Below, in pieces: positions 35,219 through 46,636 of a stretch of 64,000 nucleotides of DNA. A program made the translations under genes and the position numbers. The notes below the pieces were generated by a model. It was not told the DNA's origin, searched no databases, and worked only from the letters and a program-made list of their open reading frames with translations. The DNA lies in the NCBI GenBank assembly GCA_965112735.1, contig OZ218950.1:3472001-3536000 (forward strand), given 5' to 3'. The stretch's first letter is position 1; every line of letters begins with the position of its first letter. Source of the stretch: Phaeosaccion multiseriatum (taxonomy: Eukaryota; Protista; Ochrophyta, other classes).

Positions 35219-37778
35219 GAGGGCGCGGGACGAGGGAAGGGGGGACGACGCCGGTGGGAGGAGTGGAAGGAGCAATGGAAGCAGCGGAAGCACGAGCAGG
35301 AGAAGCGAAGATGGGAATCTCAGGGATGAGAAGCGAAGGAGGAAAGGCGACGACGATGGGGCAGATGTCGCTGCCCCGGCCCGAGCGGAGAAGAACGAGG
35401 AGGAGGGGGAGGTGAGCGGCAAGGGCAGCAGCAGTAGCAGTGAGCTTCCAAAGAATGGCATGTTGCCGCCGCCCATCCCAGGGATGCCTGAAATAACGGA
35501 AGAGGAGGCCAAGGAGGAGGCAGAACGGGTGGCGCGGATTGCCGCCAAGGCCGAGGCCAAGGCGGAAGCGAGGGCGCTGGCCAGGCAAGAGCAGGAGAAG
35601 AAGGAGCGGGCGAGGGATTCGAGCTCGTCCGGTTCTGCGTCTTTGGAGAGTAGTGGTAATGGAGCCAAGAGTAGCAGCAAGTTGCCCCCGTCCCTGCAGG
35701 ACCTACTGGTGCAGAGGGCGGAGGAGCAAAAGGGGGTGGTGAAGGTGAGCTTTATGAGCAAGAAGGAGCGGGAAAAGCAGGCATTGAAGGACCTGGCGGA
35801 GAAGAGGAAGGAGATGTCTCGAAGAAGGGACGACTTGGCTGCGGTGCGGGGCATGTCCAACTCTGAGAGGGAGCGGATGAGGGAGAAGGAGCGGGCCAAC
35901 AACAGGTACAAGTCCAGGGAGGAGGAGAAGGAGGAGAGGGAGAAGGAGAAGGCCCGAGCCCTGATTCACGAGCAGTACCTGGGGGGGAAGAAGGATGTGA
36001 AGCGGCGAACCAAGCCCAATGACAAGCTCAAGAGCATTTTCCAGTTTGACTGGGACAGCAAGGACGACACCAGTGAAGATATTAACCCTCTCTACAACGA
36101 GCGCATTACTATGAATGCGCTTTTTGGACGGGGCTATGTGGCGGGGATTGACATGCGTGAGCAGAGAAACAATTCGGCGTTTCAGAAGGCCTTGATTGAG
36201 AAGCGGCAGGCGGAGGCCCGACGGGAGGAGGAAGCAGACACCTCGCTGACGAAGCGGGACAGGGAACTGCTGGAGAAGAAGAGAAGGGCAGCCAAGTCCG
36301 CCCTGGAGAGGCACACGGCCCAAGAGTACAAGGACATGGAGGCAACGAGTATTGGGGTCAAGGGCACGCACTGGTCGCTCAAGCCGCTGAAGGAGATGAA
36401 GGAGAGGGACTGGCGCATCTTTAGGGAAGACTTTGACATCCGCGTCAAGGGCGGCAAGGCTACCTTGCCCATGCGTAACTGGGAGGAGGGCCACATCCCG
36501 CCCAAGGTCATGGAGGCGATTACGGAGATGGGCTACGAGAAGCCTTCCCCCATTCAGCGGCAGGGCATTCCCATCGGCATGGGCTACCGAGACATGATTG
36601 GCATTGCAGAGACGGGTTCCGGAAAGACGGCGGCATTTTGCATCCCCATCATCTCCTACATTGACTCGCGGCCCGCGGAGATGCGAGAGCGTATCGCCGA
36701 CGACGGCCCGCTTGCGCTCATCATGGCCCCGACGCGCGAGCTGGCGCAGCAGATTGCAGAGGAGTGCAACAAGTTTTGCTTGTACACAGGCTACAAGGTG
36801 CTCAGCGTGGTGGGGGGGCAGTCCATCGAGGAGCAGGGGCAGGCGCTAAGGAGCGGTATTCACATTGTAGTGGGTACACCCGGGCGTCTCAAGGATTGCT
36901 TGGACAGCAGCTACCTCGTGCTGAATCAGTGCGCCTATGTGGTGCTTGACGAGGCGGACCGTATGATTGATATGGGCTTTGAGCCGCAGGTGAGCGCGGT
37001 GATGGATGGTATGGGCGGGCTGGCCAAGAGCGAGGAGGAGACTATGGCCCTGAAGCAGGAGCAAGAAGCTAAGGACGGCAAGCTGAACCTGCGAGTGACG
37101 AGCATGTTTAGCGCCACCATGCCGCCCGAGGTGGAGAAGCTGGCCAGGACCTATCTGCGCCACCCGGCCATTGTACAGATCGGAGACGCGGAGTCCGGCA
37201 TGAATAAGCGCATCAAGCATACGGTGCTCTTTATGACAGAGCAGGCCAAGAAGCAGAGGCTGCTGGACTTGCTGCGCGGCTACAGAGACGAGAAGGTGAT
37301 AGTATTTGTCAACACCAAGAAGGCCGCAGATGTGCTGGGCCGCTCCCTCGAGCAGTCCGGCGTGCCCTGTGCAGTGCTACACGGTGGCAAGGGCCAGGAC
37401 CTTCGAGAGCAGTCGCTGGAGGACTTCCGAGCCGGAGAGTTTAGCGTCATGGTGGCCACTGACGTTGCTTCCCGAGGACTGGATATCCCTGACGTGGCCC
37501 TCGTGGTCAACCACGAAATGCCGCACAAGATTGAGTCCTTCACTCACAGAGTCGGGCGAACGGGCCGAGCCGGGAAGGACGGAGTGGCGGTGTCGTTCCT
37601 CACGGCCAACAATGAGGAGATCATGTTCCATCTCAAGTCATATCTGGAGAGCACGGGCTCTGCGGTGCCGCACGAGTTAGCCTCGCACGCCGCTGCGCAG
37701 GCCGCCCCGGGTACGAGGAGGGAGGACGGGTCGCTGGTGGGGGAACGCAAGGAGAAAACCCAGTACTCCAAGAGGTAA
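35130..37778 (+). CDS. DDX23: Spliceosomal DEAD-box RNA helicase PRP28/DDX23, intronless, 882 aa
   Basis: FQFDWDSKDDTS, HWSLKPLKEMKERDWRIFREDFDI, PSPIQRQGIP, AETGSGKT, PTRELAQQI, DEADRMIDMGFE, SAT, HRVGRTGRAG. Confidence 0.96.
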
Positions 37779-38134
37779 TGGGGGCGCTTGCGTGCTTTGC
37801 TTGGGGATCCCGGGTCCCATCCATTCATTCATTGACTGATTTCATTTCATTTGATTTGGAGTGAACGCGGTGAGAGGAAAGCCAGGGACCGGGCGCAGGG
37901 TGGCGGGAGGGGGGGGGCTCTTAGTACCGCCTACACTGGTACCATGGTAATCTTTTAATTTTAAAAATGAAGAGAAGAGTCGCGTGAGGGAAACGCGGAA
38001 ACGCGTCGTCTCCTGCTTGGCGTGTTGTACACCAAGCGCATAATAGTAAACATTCGGCGGAATAGAGGGGAAAAAGAAGAAAAGTGCGCGGCTGCCTCAC
38101 TCTTCGCTGCCTTGCTGAGGTGGGAGTGTGGTTC

Positions 38135-40491
38135 ATGGACGACGTGGAGCTGAAGCCGTGGCCATCTGCTGCCGCGGAGGGGACCTTTCCATCTGCTGCT
38201 GCAGAGGGAGTGGGAGTGGATACGTGTATTGTCGACATCCCGGGCCCACTTTCTGGTGCCCAGGATGCTGCTTCGAAAGACCACACGGAGGAGGAAGGGG
38301 AGACAGCGAATGGAGTGGGGAGACTAGTGATGAAGGCCTTCGCAGGTAGCGCAGCAGGGGCACTTATTCTGGGCCAGATAGTCTCGGCAGATTTGGCTGG
38401 AGTAGGGATGAGTGTCGCCAGTTTGCACGACAAGGGAGTCAATCTACCCGCTACGCTCAATCTCCTTACCTACGTGATGCTCCTCCTCGTCTACGGGTGC
38501 TACATTAAGAAGCCAAGCGAGCTACACATGCAATGGTGGAAGTATGCGGCGTACGCCTTCGTTGACGTGCAGTCGAATTACCTCACACTGCTGGCGTTCA
38601 AATACACATCCATTGCCAGCACCATGATGCTTGACAGCTTCTCCATTCCGAGGTACGTGAATGTGTTCGACTTGGGGATCGGAGAGAGAGTCGGGACGGA
38701 AAAGGATCTCCTGACCCACCCATTGCGTCCTTTGGAAGAGGCTCCCCCCTCCGTAGAAGTAAGCCCTCTGCCCCTCCCTCTCTTTCTCCCTCCCAGTTCC
38801 ATACTCCTCAGCCGCGTTTTCCTCGGCGCGCGGTACACTCGAGAGCACATGTTCGGTGTGCTTCTGTGCATGCTTGGCCTTGGTGTGATGATTGGCTCAG
38901 ATGTGGAGAGGGAGGAGCAGGAAGGTCCAGACGAGCGGTACCCCAAGGCTCTGCTCGGTGACTGCCTCTCTATCTTCGCAGCCTTCTTGTACGCGTGCAT
39001 GAACGTCAGTCAGGAGTACATCACTAAACAGTACTCACGGGTAAGCTGTGCTAGAATACTAGGGAGGGCATGCAGGGGAGGAAGAGGAGGAGGGGGGGGA
39101 AGGGTAGGCAGGGACGAGGGAAGGGAGAGAAGGAAGGGAATACATGTACTGTATTTCCGCTCAGGCAAAGTATCTGATCACACCTCGAACGCACATCCCC
39201 ATCCCCACCCACTCCATCCCTTCCCCCCGGAACCGCCCCCCCCCCAACGACGACTCGGTATTAGTGCGAGCTGCTGGGGATGTTGGGTCTGTGTGGAACG
39301 GCTTGGTCGGTGCTGCAAATTCTCGCCTTGGAGACCGAGGTAAGATGCATGTACTTACAAAAGAACGAGAGAGAGAACATGTGTCCATCCATTGCCTGCA
39401 AAACATTCACATCTCTGAAAGGCGATTATGGGTTAGGACTCCTTCCATCGAGAACGGGCCTCGCCTTCTCCCTCCCTCTCCCCTCTTTCGTGGTGTTCCT
39501 CCTTGCTTGCTCTTTGGGCAGAGCGAGAACATTCAACTCACACATTCTCTCTACCCTCCTTCTCCTCCTGCTGCTGCTGCTGCTGCTCCTGCTCCTGCTA
39601 TAGGACCTTGCGGCCACGAACTTGAGTCCTGCCGCGGTGGGGCTGTCCTTTGGCTACTCTTGTGGCATGCTGTTTATGTACTCCGCTGGGGCCCTGTTCC
39701 TGAGCCTGGCGGACGCCGCAATGCTCAACATGAGCTTACTCACTTCGGACGTGTACAGCCTCGTGTTCGCTGTGGAGGTGGAGCACCTTGCTCTCAATCA
39801 CCTCTGTAAGAGCCGGGAGGGAGAGGGAGAGGGAGAGGGAGAGGGAGAGGGAGAGGGGGAGAGAGAGGGAGAGAGAGAGGGAGAGGGAGAGGGAGAGGGA
39901 GAGGGAGAGGGAGAGGGAGAGGGAGAGGGAGAGGGAGAGGGAGAGGGAGAGGGAGAGGGAGAGGGAGAGGGAGAGGGAGAGGGGGAGAGAGAGGGAAAGA
40001 GAGAGAGGGGGGGGGGGAGAGAGAGGGAGAGAGAGAGTGAGGGAAAGAGAAACGTGCCTTGCTTTAGTCCTTTGGGGATGGGCAGGCAATTGTTACTGGA
40101 CTGATTGCTTGATGGGCAAGGGTCTATCTCTCTGCTCAAACATGCACTACTACTTGCTCACTTACCTCTTCGTTCTTCTCCGCCCTTCACTCCCCAACCC
40201 TGATGCAACAACTCCCCTCGTTGAATCGTCCTCGCGCCGCCGCCTCGGCCTCGCCTCCTTCCCACAGACTTCCTGGCCTTCGCCGTCATCGTGTGCGGTC
40301 TGGGGTACTACCACAAGCAGCCCGCGCCTCTCACCGCCAGCGACGTTGCCGACCTTGCAGCGGTGGAGAGGGCTCAGGAGAAGGTGGACAAAGCTGGGCT
40401 CGAAAAGAAGGCGCACACTCATACTACTACTGCTCTTCAGCAGTTTGGAGGGAGTGAAGCGGGGGGAAGCGTCCAGCGTGCCTACATATAG
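38135..40491 (+). CDS. Solute carrier family 35 member F (SLC35F1/F2-like, DUF914), 5 exons
   Basis: Exons approx. 38135-38652, 38797-39040, 39265-39339, 39604-39805, 40268-40491. [78 protein letters not shown]. Confidence 0.88.
39818..40040. repeat. (GAGGGA)n hexanucleotide microsatellite in the last SLC35F intron
   Basis: Directly visible purine-only run. Confidence 0.92.
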
Positions 40492-41007
40492 ACTGGACTG
40501 AGTGTACTTACGTGAAGGAAGGAGGGAAGCAGCGCATGGTACTGAGGAAGTTTGTTTGTTTTGCGAGTCAAGGCCGTCTAGTTGTATATGTTGTGTGGAG
40601 GCGTGTAGCTGGATGCGTGTGTTTGTATGTGTGTGTGTGTCTGGGTGGGTATGTGTGGTGGGGGGGGGGCTGTTGCCCCATGAGGCCAGGATGAAGCAAA
40701 ACTTGCCCACTCTGGTCCGTCCGATTCTTCGCCTTTGTGGCCCCCTCTGGGTCGATGTACATGTATCGAGACTCCAATATTAAGGCTGCAAGGCCATTTA
40801 TGAAATCATTCTTATCAGTGCAGAGGTTAACTACAGTCTTTCTGCCTGTGTGTCTTTGTCTATGTGCGCCGTGTATTCGTCGATGTGTGTGTGCGTCTTT
40901 GTCTATGTGTTTGTGCGTGCGCGCGCGTAAGTACGTACGTGTGCATGTATGTCCATATCCTGCTGCTTTCGTGCCTTGACACTCCTCAGCGACACCCCCA
41001 CCTCCTG

Positions 41008-43945
41008 TCAGCACTTCCCTCCCGTCTCAAGTAAGTCACGTAAGCACACATCCATAGACCGGCTCAGCTGAGCACCTCCCCAGTGTCCAGCTCCACGGGG
41101 ACGAAGCAGCGGGGAGGCACGCGGAGAGATTCCTTGTAGTGCAAAGCTTGCACCTTCATCAGAGCCACGAACCATTCCCTGCGAAGCGGGAGGAAGAGGT
41201 AATAAGAGGTAGTGAATAAAGGTAACGGTCGGAGGGTCAGTGTCGAGGCGTGTGAGTGAGTGAGACAGAGAGAGAGATAGGGATGTTAGAAAAGGAAGAG
41301 AAAAGAACAAGAGAGAGACACTTCTGGGTTCTGTGTGTGCGTGTCAAGAGAATAATAACAAGGAAGCCGTGAGTGAGTGAGTGGGCCTTGAGAACATTGA
41401 CTGAGGGGACCGATCAATTGTCGCCTCGAAGCTCCGCTACTGAATGGCCCAACTCTACGCACAACACTCACCTGCTCCTCCTCTTGGCCAGATCGAGCTG
41501 CACGGTAATGTGCCGCCCGTTGCCCGCAATGAGCGTGAAGCAGCCCTTCTTGCCGCATCGGAAGGGGTCCTCCAAATGCACCATGGCCCCGCGCTCAAAA
41601 CTGAGCACTTTAACCCACCCCTCCCGCCTCAGCTGTACTTCATCCTTGCCTTCCTCCTCCTCCTCCCGCTGTTGCCGCTGCGCCTTTCTTAGTCCTTTCC
41701 TTAGTCTCCGTACGTCCTCAGCACCTTGACTGCTTTCATGGAAATCCTCCTCGTCCTCGTCCTCGTCTTCATCGTCGTCATCGCTCTCTTCCCCCTCGTC
41801 CTCGTCCCCTGAGCCTTCCTCCTGGTCGTTTACGGCCGGCATGCCCCAATCCCTTCCTCCCACTTGTACTGCAGGCGCAATTGCCACTGCTGAAGTCTCC
41901 CTCAACCGCAGCGAGCCCTCGGCAATGTCCAGCCGGAATTCAAGCATATGCCACCGCTTAATAAACACCTCCCCTGTGTCATCCACGGCCATTGAGATGC
42001 TGTAGCCTCGACTCGCCTTGCAGTGCGGCAGACCATGGTCCGTGAGCAGCGAGCCCGTCACGACTCTGCCGATGCCCTCGCCCTCCACCAGGAGAGGGGA
42101 CGTGATGCACGCAAAGCCGTGCTTGAGCACCACAGTTTCATTTCTGCGGTTCGTAATGGTGACATTCCCCACCGCTCCCACTGCTCGCCGGCAGTCGCAC
42201 GCACCCAGCTCCACCACCAGCTCTATAAGACCGTCCACACGCTCCTGACTCTTTATCAGCGCCGGTACTCCGTGCACCGTTACTTGTTTGATAGCAGCAC
42301 CAGCGCCTCCCTCCTCCTTCTCCTCCTCCTCCTCCTCCTCCTCCTCTGCGGGGGCAGTCGGGGTGGTGGCAGCAGATGCAGTGGCGGTCGTGCACGAGGA
42401 GGAGATGAAGGACGAAGGAGACCGAGCCGACGAAGAGGGCGATGGGGCAGAGGCCGGGGTGAAGGAAGCGGAAGCAGCAGCAAGTGGGCCGGAAAAGGAA
42501 CCGCACCCTCGGTCCAAGCCGAGGCCACGAATCGTCACCACCATGCCGCCCTTTCGATACCCCACATTTGGGACGACCCATGCCCTCTTCTTCGATCGAG
42601 CGTACTTGCACCAGGCCATCCTTCGCCCGACTGCTGTGGCCGCATCGAGACTCCCGCTGTCCTCGTCGCCACGCCTCCTTCTCCGGTGCCCTCTCCGCGC
42701 AGAGAAGGGCGCCTTTGATTCGCCAATGGAGGTGGTCCCTGATGCCGATCTCAACCAAGATGATGACGGATCAGACAGACCTCCCACAGAGCCCCTCAAG
42801 TTTCCCGAACTCATGCGCTTGTCTTCTCCCTCCTCGTCGTTCTCCTGCCGCTGCTCTGTCCCTGGGGCGACAGACCTTCCGCCGCTAACTTTTTGAGAGA
42901 TACCAGGGGTAACACCTGAGCCTTCGGCTCGGCCATTCATGCGGCCTCTCCCCCACGCTTCTTGCCCTCCTCCCAAAGGAGAATGGTCTTCTCGATCCCC
43001 TGGATCCTCTCCGTCCTCTTCCTCCGTAGCATACTCCTCCCTTGCTCTGTTCATATCCCTATTTAACGACCCCTGGCTCCTCTCCCTCCTCCCTATGCTG
43101 CTGCTATTAATGTCGCTGCTGCTGCTGTCCCTACTGCTACTCCTGCTGCTCCTGCTGCTGCTCCTGCCTCTGATACCGCTGCTGCCATTGTCCCCCGTAA
43201 TCTCCCAACTGATCTGGGACAACCTCCTGGGCATTCTCATTCTCGGTCGCTGCACGGGCACATCCAATGCCTCAGGAGTGATTAGCTCTCCGTTAGCGTC
43301 CGCAGAGAGCTTCAGGAGCTCTGAGAAAGCGTCTTCGAGCGCAATTATGCTCGCCTGGGCAATCGTCGGTGGCGGGAACGGAAGTGGAGCGGCGGAGAAC
43401 AAAGGTCAGGAGGGGGTGGAGGTGACGAGAAGAGAAGCAGACGCGGGAGTAGGGAGTGCGGCTTGAGGGTAAAGTCTGTCATTAAGTCAGTCAGTCAGTC
43501 AGTCAGTATGTGTACTCACATGCCGTTGCTTGGAATTATATCCTCGCGGCAGCCCCTGCAGCTCCTCTTTCTCCTGCTCCGGCTGCCCTTGCTTGTCCCT
43601 GGAGGCCAGACAAGCCCCTCTCGCGTCTTCCCTCATTCCTTTCGCGCCTTCGCCCTCCTCGCCCGACGTGGACCCAGAATGCCCCTCCCCCGACCCCTCG
43701 GCCTCATCGTCCAACGAATCCAGGCTGTCTAAGCGCTCGCGAGACAGTTTTGGATGGTGAGCTCCTCTTCCGTCGAATTCATCCAGCCTTGTCGAGCCTA
43801 TTTCGGAGTGCCCGTGCTTCTCTATTCCCACTGCGTTTTCTGTAACCCTGGATTGACTTCCGTCCTCCCCTGCTTCCTCTTGTAGGGCTTGTCCTGGCTC
43901 AGCCCGCTCTCTCTGTCGGCGCAATCTCGCCGAGAGCTCAGACAT
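41008..43945 (-). CDS. Hypothetical protein with IPT/TIG-like segment and possible PH-like C-terminal region, about 3 exons
   Basis: Exons approx. 43945-43520, 43354-41472, ~41180-41008; long open frame. PNVGYRKGGMVVTIRGLGL..VTVHGVPALI..GAVGNVTIT..GF resembles IPT/TIG. Last exon uncertain. Confidence 0.55.
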
Positions 43946-43994
43946 TGGATTGAGTGCTTCTACCCAGCAATCTGAGCTTTGATTGAGCAGATGG

Positions 43995-44255
43995 TCAGCC
44001 GCTGCAACAGCCTGCAGCGGCTGAGTGCAGAGACTGGCAGTGGAGACTAAATCGGAGCAATTTTCTCTGCTTCTACCCCAAAAGATTCACATATGGCTGC
44101 ACTAATGCAGCTGCTGCTCTTGTCTTTCCTCTCCCTCTCACTCTCTCCCCTCTCTTCGCACTCCTCTTTCGAGTTGCTCTCTCCTGTATACGGTCGGTTG
44201 CCCCGAGAAATCGACCTCCTCGAAAAACGATTCGTCAATGCGAGGAGGTCGATTT
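43995..44255. promoter_or_regulatory. Bidirectional intergenic region with two perfect inverted repeats
   Basis: TCAGCCGCTGCA (43995-44006) / TGCAGCGGCTGA (44013-44024), and AAATCGACCTCCTCG (44208-44222) / CGAGGAGGTCGATTT (44241-44255). A regulatory role is inferred from position only. Confidence 0.5.
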
Positions 44256-44421
44256 TCCTTTCTCGTCGTTCTCCACAATAAAACTCCCTTCGAGAACAAA
44301 CACCTTGCAGCTCCTTTGATTTGTAGAAAGAGTGTGGTTGTTGCCTTCTTGAAGCTTCTTTTTATCGTTCTGTCTTGACTTAAAAGTGTGGGGAAAGTGA
44401 GCTTTCGCTCCCCCTAAAACC

Positions 44422-46385
44422 ATGGCGAATCTCGTCAACGCGATGGATAAAACGAAGCTAAGCGATGAAGAAGACGTGCTGGAGTTGGGTGAAGACGGGT
44501 TCGATGTATCTTCTTCTCCTCCGCGCCCTTCCCCAACATTTCGCGCTCGTCCAGCAGCAGCTGCTTTTGAGAAGAAGCCTGCACACTCAGCAGCGGAGGG
44601 AGGGGGAGTGGCAGAGCCTTCGTCGCCTCAATCTCCCGGCGCGGTGGCAGAAGCAGAGGTAGAAGCGGCCGTGGGCAAACAAGCGGCAGAAGTACCAGCA
44701 GTACCACCACCAGCAGCAGAAGCAGCAGCAGAAGCAGCAGCCGTAGCGCAAGAAGGCCAAGTGAAAGGAGAAGCTCAAGAGGACGAAGGAGAGGAAGCGG
44801 AGGAGGAGGGCGTGGAAGAGGTCGGGGAAGGGTGGGTAAAGGTGGAAGGGGGCGGACCAGAAGAATCCTACGATGACTTCCATGATGCAGCATCTGCAGA
44901 AGAAGCACCAGCACCAGGTGCGGACAAGGACGCTGATGAAGAAGACGATGACTTTCACGATGCCAATGAGCAAGACGGCTTTGTGCGAGATGCGGCCAAG
45001 GCTCAAGAGATGAAGGAGAAGGGGAATAGGTGAGTAGGGGAGGGGTCTGCACTGGTGGACTGCACGTCCCTCCTCAAATGATGCTGCCTCAAAGCACACG
45101 CGCCGACTCCTTCCCCCTCACACTCCCTCACCAGACGTTGCCCCTGCCCTTCTCCTTACCATCCGCAGCATGTATAAAGCAAAGGAGTGGCACAAGGCGA
45201 ATGACTATTACACCATGGCCATCGAGTACTGCCCGGAGGAGGACGAGCACAAGGAGCAGCTGGCGGTGTTCTACAGCAACAGAGCCGCGAGCCTACTGCA
45301 GGTCAAGGATTGGGACAGCGTGGTGGAGGTGAGAGAGAAAGAGGAGGGGGGGGGGGAGGCAGAGGGAGAGAAAGAGGGTACGCGTGGCTGACTGTTGGCA
45401 AGAGAAGTAGCGACTGACAGCAAGCAGGCAAGCAAAGAGAACAGCGGAACGGGTCCCTCCCTCCCACACATTCGTCGCGCTTTTAGTGCGTATCCGTATG
45501 TGTGTGTGTGTTTGTCGCTCTCCGTGAGTATCACTCACTGCCCGCCTGCCCCCTTGCCCCGCCTCTCATCTCATCTTTCTTTGCCAATGTCATAAAAACG
45601 TTGTCCTGCGCACAGGACTGCAGCAAAGCGGTGGAGCTCAAGCCCGGGTACGTCAAGGCGCTGATGCGGCGTGCACAGGCCTACGAGGGCTTGGAGAAGT
45701 TCGATATGGGAGTGGAGGACTGCAAGGCAGTGCTGGAGGTGAGTCGGAGAGGGAGGGGCGCTGCTGGTTTGCATGGCGCACGATACTTTACAGGAAGGCT
45801 GATGATGCTGAAGGAAAGGAAGGAGGGGAGAGAGGGGTGGACGTCGAGTGTGCGGTGTGCTGCTCTTGTTGCCTATTGGGCAGCTCGCCCCTAGCAGCAA
45901 GTCGTATCCGCTCTTTCCCTCAATCGACTCGCCCGCCTGTGTCTCTCTGAGCCCCGCTTGCCCATGTCTTTTTTGTGGCTTCTTTGTGGCCAGTCCGTCC
46001 CACGCCCTCCCTCTCATCCGACCCCCGACCCAACCTCCACCAACCCCCCCGTGTTTTGTTTTCTTGTTGGGGTTGTTGTGTTGTGTAGGTGGAGCCCTCT
46101 TGCGTGGCAGCCAAGCAGAGCCTGCCCCGCCTAGAGGCCGCCCACAAGGCCAAAATGGAGGCTATGAAGGATGAGGCCCTGGGCAAGCTCAAGGAGATGG
46201 GCAACTCGCTACTGGGCCACTTTGGCATGAGTCTGGACAATTTTAAGATGGAGCAAGACCCCGGCACAGGCTCATACAGCATCAATTTCAACCAAGGAGG
46301 GGCCGGAGGAGAGGCAGCAGCAGCAGCAGGAGGCGCTGATGGTGGAGACGCTGCTACTGCTGCTGTGGCTGGGGGAGGAAAGTAG
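44422..46385 (+). CDS. TTC1: Tetratricopeptide repeat protein 1 (TTC1)-like co-chaperone, 4 exons
   Basis: Exons approx. 44422-45029, 45169-45328, 45616-45738, 46089-46385. Acidic N-terminus, KEKGN..YTMAIEYCP, FYSNRAA, KALMRRAQAYE, and the TTC1 C-terminal motif LGKLKEMGNSLLGHFGMSLDNFKMEQDPGTGSYSINF. Confidence 0.92.
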
Positions 46386-46636
46386 ATCCAGCCAGTGTGT
46401 CTCTTCCCCCTGCCACGAGCCAGTGTGTGTCTCTTCCCCCCCACACACAAACCTTTCGCTTGTGGTCTTGTGGAGGCCGACCCAGCTCTTTTCTTTAGAA
46501 GGCACCTCTCTAAGGTTGTAACCGTTTCGGAAATCTCGTCTCTCTTGTGTGAGAGACCGCCGCATTATTAACGCATACCTATGGTCCAGTTCCAACACCC
46601 GAGAAGAAGAAGAAGCAGAAGAAGAAGAAGATTAAT

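Noticed and set aside
39736-40501. ORFs with (RE)n, (SL)n, (GE)n or (SP)n tracts
   Set aside because: Translations of the intronic (GAGGGA)n microsatellite.
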